Source of the DNA: Carcharhinus longimanus | Lineage: Eukaryota | Assembly (NCBI GenBank): GCA_030264375.1 | Contig: JASCQW010000105.1 | Span: 44,794,727 to 44,858,448 of the forward strand | Direction: 5' to 3' | DNA length: 63,722 nt | Part shown: in pieces, positions 1 through 12,683 of the stretch | Layout of the letters: each line of letters starts with the position of its first letter | Numbering within the stretch: position 1 is the first letter of the stretch | Made by a program: the position numbers and the translations under genes | Notes under the pieces: model-generated | What the model saw: only the letters and a program-made list of their open reading frames with translations | The model's database searches: none | Told to the model about the DNA's origin: nothing

Positions 1-1329
1 TGAAGAGTTCCGCACAGGTTTTCTCAGCAGAACTGACACTCTGCCAAATTCTTGTAAGGTTCTGCCCCTTGTTTAACACATCTGAGTCATCAGCTCAGAC
101 ATGAGTGGAGGCAGCTGTTTACACACATAATTGAGCTGCGAAACACACATGCGCATCCCGGCCAAGGCCCATTCTTGTCCCTGTGGAAATGGTTGATGCA
201 GTATCCAGCTGGACTCCTGAATTTCAGCCTCTTCCGCCATTTCACAGTGACAGAGAGGCTCTCTGTGTTGCAAAAATCTCAGGCACTGTCTTCTATTACA
301 TTTCCAAGGTGGCAGTGTTTAAGAGGAGCAATGTGTTCATTCTTGTGCAATAGCTAATGTTAAAACGCTTAGTATTCCCCTCTGTAAATACACTTACAGA
401 ACACAGATTTGTGATTAAAAATATATAGATTTCAAACATATAATGCACTTCTTTAGATTATATTAGCAAGAAATGTAGGCATTCTTGGTCAAGATGGCAT
501 CACTTTATCAAATAACATCCAAAAAAGATGAATGGAAGATCTCAACAGTGAACTGCAATTTGTCGTTGTGTTCATCACCAAGAAGAACAATTTATTTTAT
601 AGTAAGTTAATATAGCAATTCTGATTTCATTAGTAATCCTTTCTGCATGTGGAAAATAATAATAGGTGGGTATTTCATTTCTTTTATTGGAATATCAGTA
701 AATGGCGCAAAACTTCTTTCAAATTTGCCCAAGCACGATTACATTTCAATTCAGGCTCCAACTTCCTTGGGCTAATGATCTAATGAAGCTAGCACACACT
801 TTGGCAATAATTAGGTATTTATTTGCAGCAGTGGTTGGGCATATTCTAACCTTCTGAAAAAGATTTGAAACAATTTCTTGGCTTCTGTTTTGGATTTGGA
901 TTTCGGCCATGGTCCGGACCATAAGAGTGAGTCTCATAAATTTGGCAAGACTTGGAATTTGTACAGTAGCTCATGGATCAGAAGAAAGGCAAGCAATTCT
1001 TTATAGCCAATGATTTGTGATCATTGTGGGCCACTGAGACAACAGTATCTTACCTGCCTGCAGGACTTGCTACACAAATTTTTGTAAAGCTCTGCAGCAA
1101 ATCACGATATAGAAACCTGCAGGAGATCATGCTAAACTAAAGTACTTCTTCTAACAACAGGTACTGATATTAGCTGATGGGCTGTGCCACACTTTCCTTT
1201 GGTAATTGCATTCATTTCATTTAACTCTTTTATTTGAGGGTTTGTACATCTTCATTGATAATTTTGGCTCTCTGCCAGTTTACTCATCTCTTAATGGTTT
1301 CATTTCACTATCCAGTTGCACAGATGCCA

Positions 1330-1650
1330 GTCACCATCTGTTACCTCACCCTCGACCACTCTTCACTTTAGCTGAGATAGTGCCACCAATATCTTTGAGG
1401 GGGTGGGAAGGGTATCACGTCTAACTGTGAATCATACCTAAAAGCCATAAACCAGTTTACCAGCAAGGAGGGTCACTGGATATTTACGAGGAGCAAGAAT
1501 CATGATTTTTATTCTGGCAGCCAATGAAGACTGAGACCTATCTTATTGTTCCACAAATGCTAGTTTAAGATCTTCCAACTTAGAACAGAAGAACAACTTG
1601 AATGGGGATCTATTTGGTCTGTAAGGCTTTGTGTATTAATTCACTCAGCT
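1330..1650 (-). mobile_element. Old, highly diverged SINE-like repeat (related copies at about 31420-31640 minus and 62130-62310 plus)
   Basis: Weak motif similarity to a recalled chondrichthyan ancient repeat (e.g. gggtcactggat...ggagcaagaatc). Boundaries approximate. Confidence 0.35.
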
Positions 1651-2486
1651 GCCACCAAGAGCTGCGGCAAATGTATATAACCTGCTGCAGTCAACAGGAT
1701 CAATCCTTTGGTGCATTATACCCTGAAAGGTAACTTTCTGATTGAAGTCTCAATGGAGAATTTCATCTGTCAAGATCATAAATTAAGAAATAAGTCACAC
1801 TTGCTCCCTGACTTGCCAAATCAAATGGTCAGAAAAAGCAGCACACGTTGCATTGCTATTTCTGGGTGGAACTGTGATTGACTGTGTGAGAGGAACTTGG
1901 ATTTTCCTGTCTCAGCATGTGCACTGTACCTAATTTCCTAAGATGTAACAGTATAATTTAGTCAGTTCTTTCAAAAGCAAGAGAGCAAATTCCAATTTTT
2001 ATTCAGATAAATGAAATAATGTGCAATATTGGAGGTTGAACTCTCAGAGGAACTATGTCAGAGCCTCTCCAATCTCAATTTTCCCATGGAGGTGCATTGC
2101 AAAATAAAGGGTGATGTAGACAGAAGCTTTTAATAAACTGAATGAAACATTGAATTGAAATAATGTTCATTTTTCTTTTAATTAATAGAGACAATTGCAG
2201 TTGAGTACACTGGTTAGTTATGTGGTCCAACTGACCTGGATTTCCAGTCTCCACATGGAACAAGTTTTGAATTTTAATCTTAGCATTTTGCACAAATGAA
2301 CAAAGAAAGTGAGGAATTCTGCTTTTGCTACAGGGCAATTTAAATCATTTTATACAAAAAATGCTGCTAAGCTGCACACAACGGCCGAATAGGATCCTGT
2401 TCAATTCTGTTCCTGGAGCTCTGCAGATATAATTCCTGTCTATACCAACACTATAGTTTCAATGATTCATTGCTCTCGAGAAGCAG

Positions 2487-2505
2487 TGGCAGCCCCCTGG
2501 TGTTC
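2487..2505 (-). promoter_or_regulatory. Candidate CTCF site
   Basis: Minus strand reads AACACCAGGGGGCTGCC, close to the CTCF core CCACCAGGGGGCGC, in unique sequence. Confidence 0.4.
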
Positions 2506-5329
2506 TACATCTGGAGTGATTTTCTGAATCTGTCTGCATATCTGCAAAGTCATAGGTGGGTGGGATTCCTTTGTTTTTGAAGTCTTGATGGTGTGATGTT
2601 TATTTTACACTTTAATCATGTAACTGTGCAGCAAACACAGAACAGTGCTTTTACATTCTGCAAATGCTTTATGAATTATTTAGTCCCAATGACTGCTATG
2701 TTATTTAACCCTCTTGGCCTAAGAAAGGAAAAACAACTATTTTCTTTTCAACTCCATCTATTGATTTTCCAACACTGGTTGCCTGGTTCCCAGAATACAC
2801 AGTAAGTACCACACATTATGACTGGCAACATGTAGAGAATCTTAATAGTCAATAAGAAACAGAGCAATTGATATACAGAGTTACAATATTGAAATCCAGT
2901 TCATGTTGATTTTCATGTCCTCAGAGATGTTAAGGTGAAAACTAGCACTAGTTTTGCAAATGAACACTTCAACAGTGAATATAAACATATTTATATGCTG
3001 GAATGTGTCTGTAATGTTGCACATTTTAAATTTGAATGCCCCCCCCTTATCATCAGCAGATTAATACTGGATTATTTCCAGATTTAAAAATGAACTAAAA
3101 ACATAGTTATAAATGCAATTCAAATCATCCCTTTGTTTAGTTATGGACAAGGGTATTCTTCTAAACCAATTACATTGCACAGCGGTGGTCAAGATTAAGA
3201 CCATAAGTATATACCCTAATACGTACAATCAATAAATGTCTATAAATTAGACATTTTACGCACATTAAACCATTTAGCACTTACATTATTTATAGATGTC
3301 TGGATTTATCTCTGCTTCACATTATATCATCCACATACAATGTAAATGGAGTAAAGGACTTAGGGACGATGGGGCATTAATTACCTTCACTTTGTTTATT
3401 CAAAGGTAAATCCATATCAAGTCTTGTGCTGGGAATTCACCAAAATGATGAGAACAGTGGAAAGTGATACACTCTCAATTCTTAATGAGTTCCTGACATA
3501 ATTTAAAGAAATCGGCCAGTACCGATAAATGGCCACCTATGGGGTAAGAATTGTTGAAGTACTTATGAAAGACTGAAATGTTTATGGAAGCAGTTATTGC
3601 AGCCATATTAATTCTTGCATAAGACAATAAAGTTACAGACGAAAAACAGTGGTGGTCAGATTAACATCGAGGCAGGAATTAAAATCTGAGGGCAAGTACG
3701 GGAAGAACATGGAATCCATCCCTTCATTTGAAGGCTGTCAAAGTAGATTCTGCTGCACGAGGCTAGTGCATTGATGCTCGGCCTATTCTGTATTGCATAG
3801 TGTCCAACAATGCAATATATAATATTCACTGGACATGGGAATACATGTGTAAATAAAATATAAAACATAAGAAAAATATTGAGGTAAGATTACCTCAAAA
3901 GTATTACTAAGTAGAAATTCCAGGTAAGCATGTCACAAAATGCTGTATTGCAGAACATACCTTCAAGCTACAACTTACAGATGATTAAAACTTTTTCTAC
4001 ACTCATTTTCAAGCAATTTCATTAATAGAATAGTTGCAATACATCCTATTTGCACAATATGTGGTTACTTTCTGGCATCAATGTCTACCATCAGAGCACG
4101 CCCTCCCATCACAATCTGAGAGATGCAGAAACATAAAGTGACTATGCCACGTTGATGATTACATTTAATGGGGGAGGAGATGAAAGTGCTATCAATACTG
4201 ACAGAGTTTAATCATCTGCATGTATCATTTGCTAGCTTGGAGTTAAAATGATTGGTGTTTGAGATGGCCTTGGATGTCACTGGCAGTTCTATCCTAAGGG
4301 GTAGATAAAAAGTACGTGCCTTTGCAACAGGTTAATCAGATAATCAGAAAAAAAAAACAAAATACTGAGGATGCTGGAATCTGAAACATGTTGCACAGAT
4401 CTGCGACTGGCTCCATACTGAGTTAACTCATGGCTTACTGAACACTTGGAAAAATAATATTTTGAGAAAATTGCACATACCCACTGAACTCTCAGGAAAA
4501 TCCTTTTTATACTCATCCTGTCATGAAATGCATAAGGCAAACCTGCAATCTGGTGCTTCCAATTGAGTGCTGCTTCCTAATTAAAGCACCAGATTAGAGA
4601 ATAATTCCTCATTGCATTTGTTGTGTTTCAAAATGAACTGTATTCTTTCTTCTAACTTAATTTGAAAACTACCTTGGGGCTCCCAATTTAGATATCTTGT
4701 CACTGCTTGAGCTCCAATGGTATTTTAAGTTGGAATGTAAGAGTTGCTTCACTTGTGTGCCTTTTTTAGTCTCTTCCTGCTCTCCTAAAATATTAGACAT
4801 TCTGCAATTATAAACAGCTTCTCGTTGATGTAACAGATAATTATTTGGCTACTTTAGTATCATTGAAATTTGAGATACTATTGGGAGAAGGAAAACATTT
4901 TTTCCCATAAAGAAATATGCAAGATGATTTTCCTCCTACGTATAAAGCCAATGCTGATAATAAAAATCAGTATTAAAAACTTTTTCAAATCTAAAATTAA
5001 AAAAACATACTGTAAACCTCTGGGTCTATCCCTCATACAACTACTCTTAAAACCATTCCAATGAGCAAAAGGAGCTCCCAACTCAATCTTGTCCCAAGCA
5101 GATGAAAAGTGGTTCAATCCATGCATAGTTTAAATGAAGCTATGATTTTTTTTTATGAGTTCACTTCAGACCAACCAAAAAGGCGAGGTGGGAATTTGCA
5201 CTCAGAATGAAATTGACACGGATCCAATTATTTTTCTTATCTAAGACAGCTTTTCAAGTCTCCCAGTGCTGTTTCTCTCCTGAACTAATGACTTTCACAA
5301 CTAAAAAATATATCCTATGGAATAATTAT

Positions 5330-6050
5330 GTTCTAATCTGAGCTCAGCAGGTGAATTTACACAGCCAAGCATGAACACGACTGTACCCTTACTAAGGATA
5401 GTTACATCCAGAACTAAATGGATAGTTTCTAATTTTAAGATTATGCCCCTTTTTTCTAGATTCTTGAACCAGTGGAAATAGTTCCTCTGTTTTTAAGTTT
5501 TAAAAATCCCTAATTTTCACCCCACAACAATAGAATCTCAGGAGAATACAGACTACATTCATACGATTTCTCCCCATAATTTAATACTTGAAGCCTTGGT
5601 ATAATCCTGGTGAATTTGCACTGAAACCACTCCAAGGTTAATCTATCTTTCTTGAAGTTCCACGTCTAAAACTGAATAAAGTGCTTGAGGTGGGATTCTA
5701 GCAGGTTGCTGGACAACTGATGCATCATTTCCTGTTTTTAACAGTCTTGAGATAAAGACCAACTCTTTTTGAGATCTTTTCATTCTTTTTTGAACCTGTG
5801 CACATGGACATCTAAATCTCTTTGATCTTCGACACTGCCTATTCAGAAAATAGTTAGATATAACTTTCTCAGATTCAAAATAAACAACCTCATACTTCTC
5901 CACATTGGCCTGTATTTGTCAAAATTTTATAAACTCATTTAACCTTTGTCATTTCTTGCTCATGTCCATAACCTACTATGCCTCTGAATTTAATAACATC
6001 TGGAAACTACAATGTAACATTCTATCTTCTTCTATCAAGTCATATGGTGA
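5330..6050 (-). mobile_element. CR1 (HER1-like) LINE 3' fragment
   Basis: ORF 5643-5903 begins EKYEVVYF...NYFLN, resembling the CR1 ORF2 C-terminal KCEVxHFG..YxLNG motif. Many frameshifts. Confidence 0.75.
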
Positions 6051-6829
6051 AATCCCATAAAACAATGTGTTCCCGTGTTACCTGTGTCAGAGTGGCCCCT
6101 TTTCTCCCAGGGCCATGTGATCGGGTCGGACTGTAGGGAGTATCGAGACAGGAAGCTGAGCCAACTGGGAGCAGGGTGCATATCCTGGATCAGCCCAAAT
6201 TTATCTCCCATTTTACAGGAGGGCTGAATACATTGAGCAACTCATCTGCCCCTCAGACCAAGTGAAGCCACTTAATTCCCTCATGCCACACCTGCTGCAA
6301 TGTTACCCACAACAGGTGGATAGTGAAGCAGCTTTTACTGGAAAAGCTGATGTTGGCAAGGGATGGCAGCGATGTGGNNNNGGTGGGAATAACTTGTGCC
6401 AATTTGAGACACAACCCCTGCCTTCAAAAGATCATACCCTCCTTTAACACTCCCTGGCAGCATCTCGAATCCAGGCCTCACTCCCATTACTGGGGCCTGT
6501 CAATCAGGTCTCACCGAATCTTTGCACCGACCTGAGGTCTGGCCTTCATTAGTTACCCTTTGTCAGGGACTACACTAATAACTGCTTGAACCTTACTATA
6601 CTGGGATTATAGAAATGCCAGCCAATTGGATTGGCTAGTAGCCTAAGGCAGATGTCTTTCCCAGGTGGAAGTCTCACATTTTGCTAATTAACACTTTGCT
6701 GAGTGTTAAATGGCTGCAAGGCAGTCAGTACCAGTAGGGGTGTGTTCCCCAATGATGCAGCCAAAAGTTCTGGTCATTCTGCTATTGAAGGGGAGTTGTC
6801 AAATTACCCAAAGTCTCCTAAAATCCAGA

Positions 6830-7620
6830 TGGTGTTTTGGTATCATGTCATAAATAACTTTGAAGGAATCTACTCCTTTGCTTCTAGGACAAACGGCAGT
6901 AGTAATTAGGAGTTGGCTGATCATCATTTCTACTTGAATACAGAGCTAGTGTGTTTCCAGTTGTCATGGACAGGAGGGTATAGGAAGGATTAAAGGCTTC
7001 CCTATAAATCCAGAAGTATCACAAACAGAAGGGCATTTGCAGTCATGACCTTGAGAGATCTGTGAAGAACTTAGAGAAGAGAACAACAGATGGATGTTGT
7101 CCATGCCTGCACCTCAAATGGAGACAATACTGAATCTATCGTTCTCCAAGCAGAATGTGGTGGAAGCTCATGCTCAGTTTGAGAAGTAAGTTTGCAAAGA
7201 GTTACAACAAACTTAGAAAGTTTGCAAAGCTGAAGCTATATGGAGAATCCCCAAAGCAAATCACTCACAGCAGAAGATAGTATTGGAAAGGAGAAGAACA
7301 GAATTAAAACCTTTAGGAATTATGAAACACTTCTAGTTGGCTCCAGAAGAAATGAATGTCTACTGGAGACTGAGTAACATAATAATATTGGGACTTTTGG
7401 TTAACAGTAAATGTAGAAAGGGGAAAACTTTGTCCAATTGTTCAAAGTTACACTACTGACAAAAAACTAACAGTGTTTACTTGATAGTGTCATTTGTTTA
7501 GTCATTGATAGAATAAAGGTTATTTTCAAACATGAAATTATAATGCATCATCCTTTTAGCTAGTAACTAGAAGTTTGAATTTCTCTTTAAATGTTATTGG
7601 TGTCTATTGAAATTGTAATA
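6830..7620 (+). mobile_element. Degenerate LTR-like relic
   Basis: LTR-like layout with AATAAA at about 7512 and an end resembling GTAACA. No TSD found. Confidence 0.35.
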
Positions 7621-8364
7621 AGATCCACAGCAGAAACACACGACCCTGAGTAGATGTCATCCTCAAATCAAGGAGCAGGCAATGACAATGAATGTAACAT
7701 TTGCAATTTTTTTACCCTAAGGTATAATTCTTGAATCTAGAGTGCTTTAAAAAATTATAACCAAGATACTACAATATCTATCCTTATTTCTTTTAAAATC
7801 TCAAGGGTGGAATCCATCAGGTGCTGGAGACTTGGCTATCTTAAGTCCCAGTGTCATCTTCATTACCATTTTTACTTACACTGATCTCACTAACTTCACT
7901 TTACTTATTTCTAGGTTCCCTTGTGTCATTCTGTTTTGTCCTTCAATTCTCTTCTTCATATCCCTAAGAGATTTTACTTTCGATTTGATATCCCTTTTAA
8001 GTCATTCTTTTTCAGATTCTCATCTTGAACTTCCTACTGCTTCTTTGTATCTGGCCTCCATTTTCTGCTAAAACCTGCAGATACAGACAGATGCCTAATG
8101 GGACAGCCATAAGGTGGTCTCTGTACAAATCTAATTAACTCTGTAAATACATACAGATGCAAAAAGGAACATAATTTGGAAAGGTATTCACAGCTTTCGT
8201 AAAAAGTGAGGTAAAAAAGCTTTAAAGGAAAAAAAAACACCAATTTGATTAAAAGTCAAATGCATTCTCGTTTGAGAGAGAATCCAGTACAGTTTACTTT
8301 CCGTTTTACTGTTCAGCACTAGTTACTAATGGTTGCTGACCACAGCACCATTCGGACAGACTAT

Positions 8365-8500
8365 GGCCAGAATTCTCGAATGTTGTTGGGCACACCACCA
8401 CTGCCAGCAACAACAGAGAAATTGGCGTGCAGCCAAATTGCCAATCACAGCAGCGGGGCTGGAGAATCCTAGCCGCGGACAAGGTTGGAGAATTCTGGCC
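8365..8500. mobile_element. PIF/Harbinger-type MITE (136 bp)
   Basis: Perfect 13-bp TIRs: ggccagaattctc (8365-8377) and gagaattctggcc (8488-8500). Confidence 0.85.
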
Positions 8501-8619
8501 TGTATTATGGGGGTCTAATGCACCCAGTGAATATTGGGCATGCAGGCTTCTTGTCACTGACATTTCCACCATTCATTATGGTGTGCTATTTGTAAACACG
8601 CCTCACCATTAATCAGAAA

Positions 8620-9199
8620 CTCAACAAGACCAGCCTTGGCTACAAGAGCAGTTCAGAGGATTGGAATTCTTCAGTAAGTGACTCAACTCCCAATTCACCA
8701 GAGCTTTTTCACCATTTACAAGAAACAAGTCAGAAGTGTGACAGAATATTCCCCATTTGCCTGGATGAGCTGATTTCCAGCAACACTCAAGGAACCTGAC
8801 TTCATCCAAGACAAAGCAACTCAGCATCAACCAATCCGCTGCACTGCCTTCCAGCATCAGCACAAGATGGACGCAGTGTTTACAATCAATGAGCTGCTCA
8901 ACAGAAACATGCCAAGACTTCTTTAATAGCATTCTAATGCCTTGACATTTTCTACCTAGAAGGAACAGGGTAACAAGCACATGGGAACACTATCTCTTCC
9001 AAGTTCCTCTCCAAGTCACACACCACCCTTACTTGGAATCATTCCCTCCCTAACAGCACTGCAAGAGTATCTTCACCACACAGATTGCAGTGGTTCAAGA
9101 AAGAGTTTCACAACCAGCTTCTCAAGGGCAGTTCGGAATGGAAAATAAATGATGCCATTGTCTGCAACACCCACATACCATGAATGAATGATTAAAAAA
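8620..9199 (+). mobile_element. Second, divergent CR1-clade LINE family, 3' end
   Basis: Decayed IYKKQVRSVTEYSPFAWMS..PATLKEPDFIQDKA (RT C-terminus), followed by a tail with AATAAA and an (ATGA)n/A-rich end. Confidence 0.8.
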
Positions 9200-9986
9200 G
9201 AACAGGATATGTAATAACAATACAGTGTCTAAATAGATGTGTTTTTAAGTTATAATAATGTATTACATGATTTTTTTTCAGAACAAAGAGGTCCTAATTA
9301 ACCATCAGTGTACCATCATCAATCATTAGAGAATAAAGTTTCTGAAGCTGTCATTTTAGAGGGGGAGATAACTGTAGTTTTCAAGAAAGGAGGGACATGA
9401 CCAGAGAAAGAGATATGTTGACATTGTTTGTGAGCGTGGGGTTGAAGAATGGACAATTGTATGGTCATGAATTGAGATGGACGGAGAATAAGAAACATCC
9501 ACAACTGACATGATGCAGTTAATAACACAGGGAAGAAGTGGTAGCAAAACATACACACCACTCAACACTGTGGAACTTCATAACATTAATTCACTTTTAA
9601 TACACCTTTTAAGAGATTTTATTTTATTGAGCAGAAAATAAATCACTGACTGTCTGAAAGCTTGGTAAACAAAGCAGCTGAAACAATAGAGTCATCTGAA
9701 GGATTCAGAACAGCTGTGGTGACATTAAAGTTGAGAGCACATTGGTGACCTTCGCCATCAATGGCCATGCATTGCAGTTGACTATTTAGTCTTGCAGATC
9801 CTTGACAGCAATTGGTACAGCTCAGTCATTGTCTGTTTGTGGACAAAAGCCTCCATGATGCCTAGCTGGTGACTTAGCTGCAGCATACCAGCTGCATTAA
9901 GTCGTACCTTGCATGTAAACTCTGCAATCACATTTTGAAATAACTTATTTTTCTACTTCTTCTCCAGCACAGTCAATCCACCCAAT

Positions 9987-10279
9987 GCAGCATTGTGGCA
10001 CAGTGGTTTTCACTGCTGCCTCACTGCACCAGGGATCCGGGTTCAATTCTTGGCGTGGGTCACACTCTCTGCGGTGTCTGCACATTCTCCCCCTGTCTGT
10101 GTGCATTTCCTCCGGGTGCTCTGGTTTCCTCCCACAGTCTGAAAGACGTGCTGGTTAGGTCATTGGCCATGCTAAATTCTCCCTCAATGTACCCACACAG
10201 GCACCAGAGTGAGGTGGCTAGGGGATTTGTTAATGCAGTGTTAATGTAAGCCTGCTGGTGACTAATAAATAAACTTTAA
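9987..10279 (+). mobile_element. HE1/V-SINE (tRNA-derived), tail type B
   Basis: Pol III A box (tggcacagtgg) and B box (gggttcaattc), V-domain ttcctccgggtgctctggtttcctcccacag, tail ending aataaataaacttt. Confidence 0.9.
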
Positions 10280-10664
10280 AAATAATCAACAATACCCTTG
10301 GATACACAATTCCAAAATCTCATCTTTTGAAAAAACCACTAAGTGAGGCTTTGACTGGGAGTACATTGTGCAGTCTCTCTGTGGCTCTGCTGCAAAATGT
10401 CTCCTGGTTCATTGTTAATAGTCATAATATGTTCAATTGGCCTTTTTCTTTATTTTGATTTGGAAGTGGTCAGAATCCTCAGAGTGGCACTAAGAATGGA
10501 CAATGCATTCATTGTTGCTTTTTCCTCAGATTGCTGTTATGTCATGTGGTTCCCAGAAGTTCAAAATAACCACCTCTATAAACTTGAACGCTGGAGCTAC
10601 ATCAAATGTATTTCTCAGGTCAGAGCATATGTTGCAGACTAATACATTGTTTGTATGATAAAAA

Positions 10665-11380
10665 GGCCAGCATTTTCCATTTTCTTTATTATCGGAAGGG
10701 TTTGGTGACAGGAGCAGAAAATCTCATGAGAGGCCCAAATCGCATTTCATTTTGGCACAAAGTCTCGCTATGATTGACCCACCACCATCGCTCCTGCTCC
10801 CCCGCATCCCCCCGACAACAATCACTTTCATAATGGGCATTCCCAAACATTGGGAACACTATTATAATAAATTTGAGTCTAATTATCAGGCCTCTGTGCC
10901 TGACTATGCCCCACTTTAGATTATCCATTCAACTGGTCTCCCATTGCATTCAGCTGGCAAGCAGGTCTGCTGGAGGAGCTCAGGTGAATGCACTGTTTGA
11001 TGGTAAGGAGGGGCGGGGTCAGTCATGCCCAGGCAATACCCCCTAGACAGTGTTGGAGGCAGGGCAAGGGGATTGTTGTGCGTGAGTGTGATGGGGGCGG
11101 GGGAGTGGATTGGGAATGGTAAAGGGTTGGGTGTGGGTTCCAGGGTCCATTCTAACTTTTGTATACTGGAGCAGTCTTTTAAAATGCTACCCCAATCTTT
11201 AAAAACTAAGTTGCTAGCAGGGTGGGCTTGCCAATGTGCCAACATGGGACCAGTCGATTCAAGTGTTTTTGAATAAGTTTCAAGCAACACGGCAGAGAAA
11301 GCAGCCATTGGAGCCAGTAACTACAATACTGCTTTTCCCACCTGCTGTCCCACTTTGCATTTAGAATAGGAAATTCCACA
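10665..11380. mobile_element. Non-autonomous Harbinger-like DNA element
   Basis: Terminus ggccagcattttcc matches the window-wide GGxxGRATTTTCC TIR motif. G-rich interior resembles 37584-38398 and 46033-46834. Confidence 0.5.
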
Positions 11381-12479
11381 GTCTGTAGTACAGAAGTGAG
11401 TGATGTGGCATTCTGAATGCTTATGTACACATACATGTAAAAATATGGCTCCTAAATCACATTGGAGTAATATAACAATATGACAATTTCAAAGCTCTTT
11501 GCCCATATTTGTTTTTGTCAATGGGGGAGAACCTTGGTGGCAATGGGAGCTCAAGTGCTGAATCATTTGGTGCTACTGTGCCTTTCAATGCACCTGGAAA
11601 CTATATAATTAGACTATAATTTATAACTATATAAAATTGTTTATGTCTTTCAAACTGCTGTATTGCTTAAACTGTGTTTAATTACTGGCTGCTGCTTATT
11701 TCTGTGATTGGCTACCTGTGAATAGTCTTGATATTACCTGTCTTCTGAAGTGATAGGGGTATGAGTATCTGAGTATCTCAGTGATACTCACTGAGTTTCA
11801 CTGATGGAATGAGGGAGGTGGAACAGGAAACATTCAGTTTGCTTGCACCCACCCCCATCATCTCAACACAGCAAATGGCCAAGTAGTGGCTGGCTGGCGG
11901 GAAGGTGGTTAATTGGCCTTGGGAAGGGGGTCCTTAGTCACTGGGATGTCTAGCAGAAATGTTAAGCAGGAAACGGGCTATGTCAAGAACCGGAAGTCAG
12001 TTATGGCTTTGAAATTAAAAGCCCCTTGCCCTCTTCCTCTCTCCTCTCTAGCAGCTTAAACGCAGTAAATATGTAAAGTCTAACAATGTCCAAGTGCTGT
12101 CACCTTCACCAGCAGACTCTGCTGCTATAACAGCCTTGGCCCCACTTTCAGGTCTTTTTATCCAACATTGTATTGCTTCGTCATAACTGGCATGAAGCAC
12201 TCCCAAACATTCTACCACCCAAATACTGAAAAATTGAGTTGGCAATGAAAAATTGCAGTCAATTGAGTTTTAATAAGCTCAATGGCTTTTAATTGTCTAT
12301 TCTAAAGCAGCAGATGAGCTTCTGATTTTGGCATCAACTCGCCTTCTTGGCATGAAGGCATCAGATTGCTGACCCAACATCATCTTGCCATATTCTGTGC
12401 AGGCATCGGGGTGGCGGTGACCCACTTAATTTATGACCATAAAATCCAGCCCCCATGTTACTGTACAGAAAACAATACA

Positions 12480-12683
12480 GCCAGGATTTTCCACCCTCCC
12501 CCATGATGGGTTTTCCCATACCGGATATGGTAAGTCTGGCCACTAGTGGGATTTCCCAATCCCAGAAAAGTCAATGGATTTCTGAGTGTCTCGCCCGCCC
12601 TGCCACTGGGGAATCCATTGCAAGGCATTGACTTCGATGGGACTGGAAGATCCTGCTTGTGAGAGGGACTGGAAAATCCTGCC
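12480..12683. mobile_element. PIF/Harbinger-type MITE (about 204 bp)
   Basis: 14-bp TIRs gccaggattttcca and tggaaaatcctgcc with one mismatch. Confidence 0.8.

Noticed and set aside
9987-10060. tRNA-like sequences with Pol III A and B boxes (also at 14846, 22209, 24407)
   Set aside because: SINE heads continuing into V-domain or SINE bodies; no complete cloverleaf.
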